64,000 nucleotides of DNA. Origin: Geopsychrobacteraceae bacterium (GTDB lineage: Bacteria > Desulfobacterota > Desulfuromonadia > Desulfuromonadales > Geopsychrobacteraceae). Positions 29,890-39,806 of this stretch are shown in pieces (position 1 is the first letter of the stretch; each line of letters begins with the position of its first letter). A program made the translations under genes and the position numbers. Below the pieces are notes generated by a model, which was not told the DNA's origin, ran no database searches, and saw nothing but the letters and a program-made list of their open reading frames with translations. Where the stretch lies: the NCBI GenBank assembly GCA_963662315.1, contig OY759353.1, positions 1,952,001 to 2,016,000 on the forward strand, given 5' to 3'.

Positions 29890-31182
29890 TTACTGCTGGT
29901 CATCGCCTTCGGTATCAGGGTCAGGCAAGTCAAACAGGATACGCACAGCATCGACATATTGGCTAGCGTTTTCATTTGAGCCTGCCATTTTCAGGACATT
30001 AGTCGGATGGTGGAGAATCTTGTTGATAATCGCTGAAGTCATGGCATCAATCGCTTTGCGCTCTTTTTCTCCCAGGCCCAAAGCACCACTCAAGGTCTTT
30101 TCAAGTTCCTGACGCCGAATTCTCTCCAATTGCTGTCGCAACGCGACAATCGTCGGTTTGACATCCAAGGAGCTAAGCCAGGCCCGGAACTGACAGACTT
30201 CATCAGCGACAATCAATTCAGCCTTGGCGGCCTCCTTATGACGCTCTTTCAGGTTGGCTTCAACAACCCCCTGCAGGTCGTCGACATCATAGAGATAGAT
30301 ATTGTCGATGCGGTTGGCCCTGGGTTCAATATCTCTCGGCACCGCGATATCGATCAGAAACATCGGCTTGTAACGTCGAGCCTTGGATACGGCCTTAAGC
30401 GTTTTGGCCATCAACACGTAATCAGGAGCTCCGGTTGAGGATAAAACGATATCAACCAGATGCAGATGTTCCTGAAACTCTTCAAATGGAATCGCCCGTC
30501 CTGAGAACTCTTCCGCCAGTTTTTCGGCCCGGCTCAAGGTTCGGTTGGTCACCAGGACTCTGGATACCCCGTTATTAACAAAGTGTTTGGCTGCCAGTTC
30601 ACACATTTCCCCTGCTCCGACCAGCATAACCGTCTTTCCTTCAAGGGAATCAAAAATCTTACGGGCCAGCTCAACAGCAGCAAAAGAAACCGATACCGCG
30701 TTGCTGGCAATAGCCGTCTCGGTACGGACCCGCTTGGCCACCGAAAACGCTTTGTGCAGAAAACGGTTAAGAATTGTCCCCGCCGTTTGAAATTCACTGG
30801 CGTAGCCATAAGCGGTTTTGATCTGCCCCAGAATCTGAGGTTCTCCGATAACCATGGAGTCAAGGCTGGCAGCGACTCGCAAAACATGCTGAATGGCATC
30901 TTCCCCTTCATAAGAATAAAGATGATCCTCCAACATTGACGGGTGCAGCTTGTGATACGCAGCAATAAATTCCTTAAGCTCAATAACCGCAGCTTCGGGA
31001 TGATTACTGACAGCATACAGTTCAACGCGATTACAGGTTGAGACAATCAGCCCTTCGCTAATGGAAGGCAGGGCGAGCAGCTGCCGCAGAGGTTCCTCCA
31101 TGGCAGTCGGTGCAAAGGCGACCTTTTCCCTGATTTCGACCGGTGCAGTTTTGTGGCTAAGGCCAACGACAATTATATCCAT
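29890..31182 (-). CDS. hemA: Glutamyl-tRNA reductase
   Basis: [33 protein letters not shown] and DIAVPRD. Confidence 0.95.
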   Translation of the reverse strand: MDIIVVGLSHKTAPVEIREKVAFAPTAMEEPLRQLLALPSISEGLIVSTCNRVELYAVSNHPEAAVIELKEFIAAYHKLHPSMLEDHLYSYEGEDAIQHVLRVAASLDSMVIGEPQILGQIKTAYGYASEFQTAGTILNRFLHKAFSVAKRVRTETAIASNAVSVSFAAVELARKIFDSLEGKTVMLVGAGEMCELAAKHFVNNGVSRVLVTNRTLSRAEKLAEEFSGRAIPFEEFQEHLHLVDIVLSSTGAPDYVLMAKTLKAVSKARRYKPMFLIDIAVPRDIEPRANRIDNIYLYDVDDLQGVVEANLKERHKEAAKAELIVADEVCQFRAWLSSLDVKPTIVALRQQLERIRRQELEKTLSGALGLGEKERKAIDAMTSAIINKILHHPTNVLKMAGSNENASQYVDAVRILFDLPDPDTEGDDQQ

Positions 31183-32042
31183 GAACTTATTTCACCAACC
31201 TGTCTGCTAACTGCGGAAAAGGCCTCAAAGTTGTGATATCCCCCAAGTAACAGATTGACCCCCAGATAGGTAAACAGCAGAACCAGAAAAGCAAGAATAG
31301 AAAACAGTGCAGCGGTACGCCCGCGCCAGCCGGAAGTCAGCCGACCGTGCAACAATCCAGCGTACAGAAACCAGGTAATCAACGCCCAGGTTTCTTTGGG
31401 ATCCCAACTCCAATAGCTACCCCAGGCAGTATGAGCCCAGAAGGCACCACTGATAATGCCGAGAGTCATGAGAGGGAAACCGATACTAAGGCAGGTATAA
31501 TTCACTTTATCAAGACTGTCCAGCGACGGTAAGCGCTGAAACAGGCCGGTAAAATGTTTGCTTTTTAACATCTGGTTCTGAATCAGATAAAAAATACCTG
31601 CCCCAAAGGACAGAGAAAAAGCAGCGATCCCAAGAAATGCGAAGGTGATATGAACCGGGAACAGCCAGCTTTTCAGCACCGGATTCAACTGAATAATCTG
31701 CTGAGGGGTCAAAACACTGGCAACCATAAAAATCAGAGCGAGAGGAGCAGCGAAAGCCCCCATCGCCGACATGCGAAACCGCAGATCAAGCAGCAGAAAC
31801 AGTAAAACCAGGCACCAGGAAAAGAAAGACAGGGACTCATGCAGACTGGTCACAGGAGTTCCACCAGCTGATGAGTGGAGAAACCCGAACGCTGTTGCGT
31901 GAACGATGACCCCCCCCAGAAGCAACCAGCGTCCATAGCTCCCTAATGCAGGTTTTTTTGTCGCTATGGCGGTCACATAAAAAATGCTGGCACCAAGGTA
32001 GATCAGTGTTGTGATCGTTGACAGCAGGGTTGAAGTTCCCAT
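31173..32042 (-). CDS. ccsA: Cytochrome c biogenesis CcsA/HemX-like membrane protein
   Basis: WWD domain [19 protein letters not shown]; hydrophobic; overlaps the hemA start. Confidence 0.85.
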   Translation of the reverse strand: MGTSTLLSTITTLIYLGASIFYVTAIATKKPALGSYGRWLLLGGVIVHATAFGFLHSSAGGTPVTSLHESLSFFSWCLVLLFLLLDLRFRMSAMGAFAAPLALIFMVASVLTPQQIIQLNPVLKSWLFPVHITFAFLGIAAFSLSFGAGIFYLIQNQMLKSKHFTGLFQRLPSLDSLDKVNYTCLSIGFPLMTLGIISGAFWAHTAWGSYWSWDPKETWALITWFLYAGLLHGRLTSGWRGRTAALFSILAFLVLLFTYLGVNLLLGGYHNFEAFSAVSRQVGEISSWI

Positions 32043-32256
32043 GACATCCTTTCCGGCGTTCAATAAATGGCCCGCTTACCGGCAATAGTTGACGTGCATT
32101 TTCTTACAGCAGGCTTAACAGGTTGCCTGAGCCGACCATATCGTTGCTATTCTCACATACGCAAGCACGCGGTCTGCGCTAAAATTGTAGGAGTCCTCAT
32201 TCTCGGCAGTCAATCCCTTTCTCATTGTTAGGGATCGCAGTCAAAAACGACTCTTC

Positions 32257-32835
32257 TTATCGGCCAAACAGTTCCTTCTCAACCAATTCGCAAAGCAGAT
32301 GTCCGGCAAACTGGGCGATTTCAATTAAACGCGGAGCTGATCCGTTACCCAGATCAAGAGCAGCGTCAAGATTCTCCTGTAGCAGTGGATCCGTCGCGCT
32401 ATTGCCGCTCAGCAGAAAAACCGGCTGATTGTTGTCCTTAACGTCCTCAATCAAAGCGCTCAACTCCGGAGCGGCGCTACCATCGGAATAAACCAGCAGT
32501 AAATGTTCAGCACTGTTGATAGCGCGGTAATGGCGCAGCAACAGCTGATCAGACTGTCCGCCACTTAGCATCTGAGTCGCCAATAGAGGATCACTCCCCA
32601 GGCACAGTGCGGGAAGCGCCGGCCGGTCAAAATCCAGTTTATAGGTAAACTGTGCTGCCAGCATCTGGGCGACAGAAACCATAGGACCGTGTCCGGCAAC
32701 TAACAACTGTCCACCTTCGGCAAAAAGAGCAGCCAGGCGACTTGCGAGAGCACCGAGAGCAACTCCCTGCTCCTGACAGAACTGCGTATGTAAGTTATTG
32801 ACCTGACGACAGACAGCATCGATATATTGATTCAT
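32257..32835 (-). CDS. SIS-domain GmhA/DiaA-like protein, catalytically degenerate
   Basis: RPALPALCL and APRLIE...GHLLCELVE resemble GmhA/DiaA. GNGGS is replaced by GHGPM. GGAGG RBS. Confidence 0.7.
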   Translation of the reverse strand: MNQYIDAVCRQVNNLHTQFCQEQGVALGALASRLAALFAEGGQLLVAGHGPMVSVAQMLAAQFTYKLDFDRPALPALCLGSDPLLATQMLSGGQSDQLLLRHYRAINSAEHLLLVYSDGSAAPELSALIEDVKDNNQPVFLLSGNSATDPLLQENLDAALDLGNGSAPRLIEIAQFAGHLLCELVEKELFGR

Positions 32836-33033
32836 TAAAGTTCCTCCGGGATATAGCGTCCGGGCATAGCGTGTCAAGTTGTGGCAGGAGCATAATATGG
32901 ACCTGTCTTTTACCTGTCAAGTTCCAGCAAATTTCTTATTGCACCTTGATTTTTCTATACCTTCCAATATATTGTGATAACGATATTCTATGACACTTAT
33001 TTACGGCCACAACTAATGATAAAGGAGAAATCG

Positions 33034-33363
33034 ATGGCTAGCGACAAAATTCTTGAAATCAGCGATGCTCAGTTTGAAGCAGACGTTCTTAAATCTGAGA
33101 CCCCAATCCTGGTTGATTTCTGGGCAACCTGGTGTGCACCTTGTAAAGCAATTGCTCCGGTTCTCGATCAACTGGCAGAAGAATATGATGGCAAGATCAA
33201 AATTGGTAAAGTCAACGTTGATGAGAACCCGGGAACCCCTGGCCAGTATGGCGTGCGTGGGATTCCGACCATGATTCTTTTTAAAAACGGTGAAATCGTT
33301 GATCAACTCGTCGGTGCTGTGCCGAAAAATCAAATCGCAAGTCTCCTGGACAAGGCGCTCTAA
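33034..33363 (+). CDS. trxA: Thioredoxin
   Basis: VDFWATWCAPC and GIPT; AAGGAG RBS. Confidence 0.92.
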   Translation: MASDKILEISDAQFEADVLKSETPILVDFWATWCAPCKAIAPVLDQLAEEYDGKIKIGKVNVDENPGTPGQYGVRGIPTMILFKNGEIVDQLVGAVPKNQIASLLDKAL

Positions 33364-33416
33364 GCACCTGGTTCCTGTCTGGAAACCTGCTTAAGTGTTG
33401 ACCATAGAAACGGTAC

Positions 33417-33453
33417 AAAAAACGGGTCTCGCTATTTCCGAGACCCGTTTTTT
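33417..33453. terminator. Bidirectional intrinsic terminator
   Basis: A6-CGGGTCTCG-loop-CGAGACCCG-T6 between convergent genes. Confidence 0.85.
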
Positions 33454-33496
33454 ACTTGAATTCCCTCATGAAGAATCCTGCTTTAGCTAAGCAGTG

Positions 33497-34021
33497 CTAT
33501 TTGCAGCTAAGCGCTTCCAGCTCACGAACAACCTGCTCCCTGCAGTCAGCCGAGTAACGTCCACGGTTCAATTCAGCAAGAATATCCTCTTTCTCTTTAA
33601 GCAGGGTCAGCTGTTTTTGCTGCGCTTCTTCGTAAACACCTTTAGAACGTGTTGTCATATCTTTGCGGGCCGTCCATTTTTGCGTTTCTGCCTCACGATA
33701 CTGAGCAACCACCTCCCTGGTTCGCTTAAGCAGCGCCTGCTCACGTTGCTGCCGTTGCGCAAGCTCCTGTGTTGCCTGCATGACCGTGCGGTCAAAATCC
33801 CGGCTGCTCCCAGCCCGGTCTGCTCCCCCAGGTACGTAATTCAAGTTACCGGCCGGTCCTTCAGGAAGTTGCTTTACCTGGGCGCGACAAGACTCGGGCA
33901 AAGCCTGCAGATTATCACCAGCATACAACCTGCCAGTGGCGTCCCGGCAGGTAAAAACCTGTGCAAACACCGGCCCAGCCATAAAACTGAGCAACACTCC
34001 CACGATAAGCCATCTGAACAT
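33497..34021 (-). CDS. Secreted DUF4124-like protein with coiled-coil tail
   Basis: Signal peptide ending PVFA; VFTCRDATGRLY...D pattern; helical Q/E/R-rich C-terminus. Confidence 0.6.
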   Translation of the reverse strand: MFRWLIVGVLLSFMAGPVFAQVFTCRDATGRLYAGDNLQALPESCRAQVKQLPEGPAGNLNYVPGGADRAGSSRDFDRTVMQATQELAQRQQREQALLKRTREVVAQYREAETQKWTARKDMTTRSKGVYEEAQQKQLTLLKEKEDILAELNRGRYSADCREQVVRELEALSCK

Positions 34022-34041
34022 GTTTTACTCCCGCCAGAAGA

Positions 34042-34212
34042 GTTGTCATCCGGAAACCCCGGTGAACAACGCGTAAGTTTTCAGACTGGAAATGAACCAT
34101 TTCTCTGAGGCCCAAAAATCAAGTACTTGTGCTGAAGGCGTAGTATTTTACGCTGCACAACCACGCAGATTGACACCGCCACAGCGGAAAAGAACCGTTT
34201 CTGGATAACAAC
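34042..34212. repeat. Palindromic MITE/REP-like element, copy 2 (main body 34077-34212)
   Basis: Core GGCGTAGTATTTTACGCTGCACAA..GCAGATTGACACCGCCACAGC. Outer inverted repeat GTTGTCATCCGGAAAC / GTTTCTGGATAACAAC. Confidence 0.72.
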
Positions 34213-34661
34213 TAGAACAACCGATTACTGTCAAGCATAATGGTGACCGGACCATCGTTAATCAGGTCAACGGCCATATCAGTACGAAAGCGGCCGGTCT
34301 GCACCTTGACCCCCTTATCCTGCAACAGTGCAGTAAAATAGTCACACAAGGGTTCAGCAATTTCAGGAGCAGCCGCCATAGAAAAGCCGGGCCGTTTCCC
34401 TTTGGTGCAATCGGCCAGCAGAGTAAACTGGGAGACGACAAGCACCTCTGCGCCGCAGTCCCTGACCGAAAGATTCATCTTCCCCAGCTCATCTTCAAAA
34501 ATACGCAATCCGGAAATCTTCTCAGCCAGATAATCAGCAGCTTTTTTCGTATCCCCGTTGGCCACACCTATAAGAACCACCAGTCCGTGCCCAATATCCG
34601 CAACGCGTTCTCCAGCAACACTCACCCCGGCCCGACTTACCCTTTGTACAACAGCTCTCAT
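34212..34661 (-). CDS. dtd: D-aminoacyl-tRNA deacylase
   Basis: [23 protein letters not shown] and NDGPVT. Confidence 0.95.
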   Translation of the reverse strand: MRAVVQRVSRAGVSVAGERVADIGHGLVVLIGVANGDTKKAADYLAEKISGLRIFEDELGKMNLSVRDCGAEVLVVSQFTLLADCTKGKRPGFSMAAAPEIAEPLCDYFTALLQDKGVKVQTGRFRTDMAVDLINDGPVTIMLDSNRLF

Positions 34662-34679
34662 AATATCCGCCTTCTTGCT

Positions 34680-35540
34680 TTATTCAGCCAGTCGCCTTAA
34701 TAAGGCGAGATTTTCAAGGTCGTGACAATGATGCTCTCCCCCTGGTGTTTCAAGAATCTTCGGCACTCCATGCAAACGTTGATCAGTCATCAGCAACTGA
34801 AAGCCCGCTTCGCCAATCATTCCCTTGCCGACATGATCATGCCGGTCGACCCTCGAGTTGAGAGCCTTTTTACTGTCGTTAAGATGAAACAACGCCAGTT
34901 TTTCGAGCCCGATCAATTGGTCAAAGCGGGTCATGACATCAGTATAACTCAGCTCAGTGCGCAAATCATAACCAGCCGCGAAAGCATGACAGGTATCAAA
35001 GCAAACCGCTAAGTTGGCTGTCGGAATCTGCTCAAAAACAGTAGAAATTTCCTCAAAGCTCGCACCAAGGGACGTCCCCTGCCCTGCCGTATTTTCAATC
35101 AGCACTCGCACCGTGTCTGGCGCTTCACTGAAAATAGTGCGGAAACTTTCGACGACATTTGCTATTCCCGCAACACGCCCTGCCCCCATATGAGCCCCTG
35201 GGTGCATAACCAGATCGCGAATACCAAGGGTATGGCAGCGCTGCATTTCGTCAATAAATGCCCGAATCGATTTATGCCGCAGTTCAGGGTCCGGACTGGC
35301 CAGATTAATCAGGTAGCTGTCATGGGCAGCGATATAGCGCAGAGAACTATGCTCAACCGCGTGCCGAAAATCTTTAACGTCCTGATCATTCAGGGGTTTT
35401 GCCTGCCAACGGCTGGCATTGCGAGTAAAAACCTGAATAGCGGTGCAGCCGATTTCTTCACCACGGGCAACGGCCTTATGAATACCACCGGCGATAGAAA
35501 CGTGAACCCCCAGCAACAATGGGATGTGCCGGGGCGTCAT
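34680..35540 (-). CDS. nfo: Endonuclease IV
   Basis: GVHVSIAGG, HDSYLINL, HPG, ENTAGQG, DTCHAFAAG, HLNDSK, DRH and ILETP. Confidence 0.93.
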   Translation of the reverse strand: MTPRHIPLLLGVHVSIAGGIHKAVARGEEIGCTAIQVFTRNASRWQAKPLNDQDVKDFRHAVEHSSLRYIAAHDSYLINLASPDPELRHKSIRAFIDEMQRCHTLGIRDLVMHPGAHMGAGRVAGIANVVESFRTIFSEAPDTVRVLIENTAGQGTSLGASFEEISTVFEQIPTANLAVCFDTCHAFAAGYDLRTELSYTDVMTRFDQLIGLEKLALFHLNDSKKALNSRVDRHDHVGKGMIGEAGFQLLMTDQRLHGVPKILETPGGEHHCHDLENLALLRRLAE

Positions 35541-36217
35541 CACCTGCTGTCCTTCAGCCAGCCCGCGATAATTCCGCCAACCTCAGCACTGCCACGGATA
35601 TAGGCATCGACAAAGGGAAATTCTTGCCAGCTGCTCGGCGGTCCCACCAATACCGTCTTCATCCCCAGTTCTTTGGCTGTTTTAAGATTTTGCGGCTGGT
35701 CTTCAACCATCACACATTGGTCACCGTTCAATTTTAATTGCTTCAATACCGCCTGATATGGCCCTGGATGCGGTTTGGGTTGATAATTGTCGATCCGGAT
35801 ATCAAAAACACCCTGAAACAAGCCATTCAGACCAAGGGCGCTGACAACACGATCAACATGACAGCGCGAACCGTTGGTAAACACGTAACGCGGGATACCG
35901 AGACCAGCGATAACCTGCTTTAAATGATCATCAGAACTCAGGCGGCTCCCGACATCAACGGCATGTACATAGTCAAGATATTCCTCCGGATCAACATTAT
36001 GGTGCAGAATCAGCCCCTGCAAGGTTGTGCCATAGTCCTTCCAGTAGCGCCGCCTTAATCCATCGACATCCGGCGCAGCAATATCAACCACCTCTTCCAT
36101 GTAGCGGTTGATTCTGACATCAATCAGGGAAAACAGATCCCGTTCGGCAGGATAAAGGGTGTTATCCAGGTCAAACAGAACGGCTTTCAACTCTCTAGCT
36201 GAAGATAAAGTCACCAC
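35540..36217 (-). CDS. HAD-family pyrimidine 5'-nucleotidase
   Basis: FDLDNTLY, YGTTL.GL, FTNG, PKP and MVED..NL.TAKELGM. Confidence 0.85.
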   Translation of the reverse strand: MVTLSSARELKAVLFDLDNTLYPAERDLFSLIDVRINRYMEEVVDIAAPDVDGLRRRYWKDYGTTLQGLILHHNVDPEEYLDYVHAVDVGSRLSSDDHLKQVIAGLGIPRYVFTNGSRCHVDRVVSALGLNGLFQGVFDIRIDNYQPKPHPGPYQAVLKQLKLNGDQCVMVEDQPQNLKTAKELGMKTVLVGPPSSWQEFPFVDAYIRGSAEVGGIIAGWLKDSR

Positions 36218-37034
36218 TAAACACCTCTACCGCAGGACCGGTCATCATCACCGGACCGCTATTGTGCCATTCCAATTCCAGGTCGCCACCGCGCAGGTGA
36301 TTGATAATTCGGGCCTGGCTCTTACCGGTCAGAACTCCGGCAACAGTCACGGCCGAAGCGCCGGTACCGCATGCCAGGGTCTCACCGGCACCACGTTCCC
36401 AGGTCCGTTGCACAACCTCTGTCGGGCTGATAATCTGCACGAATTCTACGTTTGTCCGGCGGGGGAACAAAGGATGATTCTCAAGCAGCGGCCCATATTC
36501 TGCGACCGGAAAATTCTCAACATCATCGACGTAAACAACGACATGAGGATTCCCCATTGACACGCAGGTTATCAGAAATTCCCGATCACCCACCATCAAC
36601 GGTTGAGCGACTACTTGAGCATCGGGATCTCCGTTCATCGGCAGATCCTGACGCCGCAAACCGGGAGCCCCCATATTGACGGTTACCTTGTCAATCAGAC
36701 CATCACGGCCTGTAAACATGGTTAAGGGAAGTACCCCATTACCGGTTTCGACAGCTATTTCAAGTTTCTTGACAAGCCCATGATCGAAAGCATATTTGGC
36801 AACACAGCGGATTCCGTTTCCACACATTTCAGCTTCACTGCCATCGGCGTTAAACATGCGCATCCGAACATCGGCGACAGCGGAAGGCATAATCAGAATC
36901 AGTCCATCGGAGCCGATGCCGAAATGGCGATCACTCACCTGGCGGGCCAACTCGGCCGGATCGGCTACGGTCTGGGAAAAACAATCTATATAAACATAAT
37001 CGTTACCAGCGCCATGCATTTTGGTAAATTTCAT
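36195..37034 (-). CDS. dapF: Diaminopimelate epimerase
   Basis: FTKMHGAGNDY, EMCGNGIRC, MGNPH and ERGAGETLACGTG. Confidence 0.95.
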   Translation of the reverse strand: MKFTKMHGAGNDYVYIDCFSQTVADPAELARQVSDRHFGIGSDGLILIMPSAVADVRMRMFNADGSEAEMCGNGIRCVAKYAFDHGLVKKLEIAVETGNGVLPLTMFTGRDGLIDKVTVNMGAPGLRRQDLPMNGDPDAQVVAQPLMVGDREFLITCVSMGNPHVVVYVDDVENFPVAEYGPLLENHPLFPRRTNVEFVQIISPTEVVQRTWERGAGETLACGTGASAVTVAGVLTGKSQARIINHLRGGDLELEWHNSGPVMMTGPAVEVFSGDFIFS

Positions 37035-37089
37035 AAAACTATCCTTTGGTGGATGGTTGTTGTGATACAAGACTCTCTGTTAATATAAT

Positions 37090-37118
37090 TTGACTGTCGA
37101 CTACACTCAACCTATAAC
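37090..37118 (+). promoter_or_regulatory. Putative sigma70 promoter TTGACT-N17-TATAAC
   Basis: Lies upstream of the AGGAG RBS of the 72-aa ORF. Confidence 0.6.
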
Positions 37119-37136
37119 GCTTCGCAAGGAGAACCC

Positions 37137-37355
37137 ATGGCGTTTTTTCTTAAAACAAAAATTTGGCAAACTGGTGCGCTTGACTGGTGGGGCATGATTG
37201 GCAACGAAGATATTTTTCTCGGCAATCGTGAATTTCCTCAGCCCCCGGAAGAAGGCGATGAATGGCTGGTACGTTCCACCGGCCAGCGCTTTAAAATTAT
37301 CGACCATGAGATCTGCCTGATTGCCAGCGAGGAGCCTCAGCAGCCATGGTATTAG
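37137..37355 (+). CDS. Small hypothetical protein (72 aa, Trp-rich)
   Basis: Has its own promoter and AAGGAG RBS; stop codon overlaps the next gene. Confidence 0.7.
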   Translation: MAFFLKTKIWQTGALDWWGMIGNEDIFLGNREFPQPPEEGDEWLVRSTGQRFKIIDHEICLIASEEPQQPWY

Positions 37356-37960
37356 AAATCGTCCAGATTCCGGCCAGTGATATGGAAAATTTTTCTTATC
37401 TGCTTTACTGTCCGGCAACCAAAGAAGCAGCAGCTATTGATCCATCCATGTACCCGGAACGTTTGCTGGCGAAAGCACAGGATCTTGGCGTCAGGGTTTC
37501 CCTACTGCTGAATACCCATGGTCACCGCGACCATGTCGCCGGAAATGATACCGTCATCAAAGCAACCGGAGCCAAACTGGCAGCCCACCCGCTGGAAGTC
37601 AGCCAGCCCGACATTGGCCTTGAGGAAGGATCGACGTTAACCATCGGCAATGGACAGGTTGACGTTCTGCTCACGCCTGGCCATACGCCAGGATCACTGG
37701 TATTTAAAACCCAAAGGCAATTGGTTACCGGAGATACCCTATTTGTTTCCCGCTGTGGCCGTGCTGACCTGCCGGGTAGTAACGTAACCGACCTTTATCA
37801 CAGTCTGCAGCGCCTCAAAGCTCTTCCAGAACATTATGCAGTCTATCCTGGCCATGATTACGGTCCTCAACCGGTCTCAACCATAGCTTGGGAGCTGCAG
37901 CACAATGACTACCTGAAATGCCCGGATCTGGAAAGCTTTATCAGACTGCGAATGGGATAG
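37346..37960 (+). CDS. MBL-fold metallo-hydrolase (glyoxalase II / persulfide dioxygenase-like)
   Basis: THGHRDH, TPGHTPG, TGDTLF, CGRADL and PGHDY. Confidence 0.88.
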   Translation: MVLEIVQIPASDMENFSYLLYCPATKEAAAIDPSMYPERLLAKAQDLGVRVSLLLNTHGHRDHVAGNDTVIKATGAKLAAHPLEVSQPDIGLEEGSTLTIGNGQVDVLLTPGHTPGSLVFKTQRQLVTGDTLFVSRCGRADLPGSNVTDLYHSLQRLKALPEHYAVYPGHDYGPQPVSTIAWELQHNDYLKCPDLESFIRLRMG

Positions 37961-37974
37961 TCTGCCGCAGGGCG

Positions 37975-38019
37975 AAAAAAAGTCTACCCGGAGGTGGGAA
38001 CCGTACGCCCCGGGTAAAC
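37975..38019 (-). terminator. Intrinsic terminator downstream of the prmA-rsmE-RDD unit
   Basis: GTTTACCCGGGG...CTCCGGGTAGAC followed by T7 on the minus strand. Confidence 0.7.
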
Positions 38020-38047
38020 GTGTCGAGGGAACATGGCCTTTGACAAA

Positions 38048-38187
38048 CAATCAGGCTGGAAACAAGCAATTTTTGTCAAGACCAAGAAAAGCGAACGTCC
38101 GCGCGAAGACGTGGGACTTTCCACTGCACAAGCGAACGTGCAAATTGTCGCAGAGATTGTGAAAAACCGTTATTTCCGGATGAAGAC
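38048..38187. repeat. Palindromic MITE/REP-like element, copy 3 (most diverged)
   Basis: TCAGGCTGGAAAC...AGCAATTTT...GCGCGAAGACGT...GCACAAGCGAACGTGCAAATTG...TTTCCGGATGAAGAC aligns by eye with copies 1 and 2. Confidence 0.6.
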
Positions 38188-39764
38188 TACTTGGCAGAGC
38201 GAACCCGGGTTCCGGCTAGAAGATCACTCCAACCCCGTTTTTCAGCATTAAGCAGAATAGCCAGGATCCCTAAACCGGCAGGAACCAGCTGCAGCAAGCC
38301 ACCAACACTTCTGAGAAACGCCTGACCGAAAGAAAGTGCTTCGTGGTCCAGCGTTTCAACCCTGAGTCCCAGCAACATTTTCCCCGGAGTCTGGCCGGCC
38401 AAAAAGTGAAACAGTGTGAAGTAACCAAAGCACAAAAAAAACAAAACCAGGAAATAGGGTACAGAAAAATCGAGCAGGGCCTCAACAGTAGGCAACCATG
38501 AATCGGCAGCGCCCCCCATGGCGTACTCTGCCGCGCCAACAAAGCAGCCCCCGACAACCACCAGAATCACAAGATCGACAAGGCTGGCAGCGAGCCGCTT
38601 CATACAGGGTGGCGCCTCAGCGTCTGGAAGATCGGCATCAGAAACATTCAAGAATACTGTTGTGTCGTCAACATCTTCAGACAATTCGCCAGCGGTGACC
38701 TCATCAAAAGAAAAATCGCGATAGTATTCCTGATATAGAGATTCTTCATCAACAGCAAATACTGCTTCTGCTTCTGCTTCTGCTTCTGCTTCTGCTTCTG
38801 CTTCTGCTTCTGCTTCTGCTTCTGCTTCTGCTTCTGCTTCTGCTTCTGCTTCTGCTTCTGCTTCTGCTTCTGCTTCTGCTTCTGCTTCTGCTTCTGCTTC
38901 TGCTTCTGCTTCTGCTTCTGCTTCTGCTTCTGCTTCTGCTTCTGCTTCTGCTTCTGCTTCTGCTTCTGCTTCTGCTTCTGCTTCTGCTTCTGCTTCTGCT
39001 TCTGCTTCTGCTTCTGCTTCTGCTTGATCAAGAACGAGCTCACCGGCGTTGTCAAACAAATCTTCACCGACCGGATCTTTTTCCACAAGAGCTTCTGATG
39101 TCAGGCTGAAATCAGCAACCGGACTGTGGCCAGGGAGAATATTTGGCAATGCATCCGGAGCCCCCTCGGCAAGAGAAGACTCCGGTACATCAAAAGGGCT
39201 TTTGGGGTCCCCCCCGGAACCCGGATCAGGCTCGTCAGTATCATCAAAAGAAACCATATCAGAGTCTTCATCGATACCGAAATCATCAATTAGTTCATCT
39301 TCGTCAGGCAGATCAAAAGCAAACTCATCAGCTTCCTGCGCCTTGGGCTCCTGAGCTTTTGACTTGGGCGCCTCGATCGACTCCTCTGCATCTTCCTCTT
39401 CCTGAGCTTCTTCGAATAGCTCATCAAAGGAAAGGTCATCTTCTTCACTGCTGTCGCCCATGAAGTCGAAACCGAAATCATCCGCCTCAGAGGTTTCCGT
39501 AGCCTCGGCTCCATCCTCTACAACCGGGGATTCCACAGGAGCTGCTACCGCAGCTACAGTGTCACTGGTTGCTGCCGCGACAGCAGCATCAGCATTGTCC
39601 GCATCGGTATCTTCATGCAGCGCTACAGCCCCAGCAGCCAGCTGACCGGGGAACAATACGCTCTGTATCCCATAGCGCAGCTTAAACTCGGACAGATCCT
39701 TACCGCACTTTTTGCAGCTATCAAGATAGTCGAAACTATTGTAGCCGCATTTTGGACATCTCAT
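38187..39764 (-). CDS. Zinc-ribbon + acidic linker + RDD-family membrane protein
   Basis: CPKCG..CKKCG at the N-terminus. RLAASLVD, GQTPGK..LGLRV and SDLLAGTRV form the RDD domain. Confidence 0.85.
   Translation of the reverse strand: MRCPKCGYNSFDYLDSCKKCGKDLSEFKLRYGIQSVLFPGQLAAGAVALHEDTDADNADAAVAAATSDTVAAVAAPVESPVVEDGAEATETSEADDFGFDFMGDSSEEDDLSFDELFEEAQEEEDAEESIEAPKSKAQEPKAQEADEFAFDLPDEDELIDDFGIDEDSDMVSFDDTDEPDPGSGGDPKSPFDVPESSLAEGAPDALPNILPGHSPVADFSLTSEALVEKDPVGEDLFDNAGELVLDQAEAEAEAEAEAEAEAEAEAEAEAEAEAEAEAEAEAEAEAEAEAEAEAEAEAEAEAEAEAEAEAEAEAEAEAEAEAEAEAEAEAEAEAVFAVDEESLYQEYYRDFSFDEVTAGELSEDVDDTTVFLNVSDADLPDAEAPPCMKRLAASLVDLVILVVVGGCFVGAAEYAMGGAADSWLPTVEALLDFSVPYFLVLFFLCFGYFTLFHFLAGQTPGKMLLGLRVETLDHEALSFGQAFLRSVGGLLQLVPAGLGILAILLNAEKRGWSDLLAGTRVRSAK
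38763..39025 (-). repeat. Perfect hexamer tandem repeat (GAAGCA)x43 encoding poly-EA
   Basis: TGCTTC repeated 43 times from 38763 to 39020, plus a partial unit. Confidence 0.95.
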
Positions 39765-39806
39765 GCCTCATCCTTTCTTTCCTGAAAGTACAGTCAGTTA
39801 AGTATA

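Noticed and set aside
38763..39025. Repeat array as a possible CRISPR
   Set aside because: No spacers and no cas genes; it is a simple microsatellite.
38648..39088. Poly-QK ORF
   Set aside because: Alternative frame of the hexamer repeat; the EA frame is the one joining the zinc ribbon to the RDD domain.
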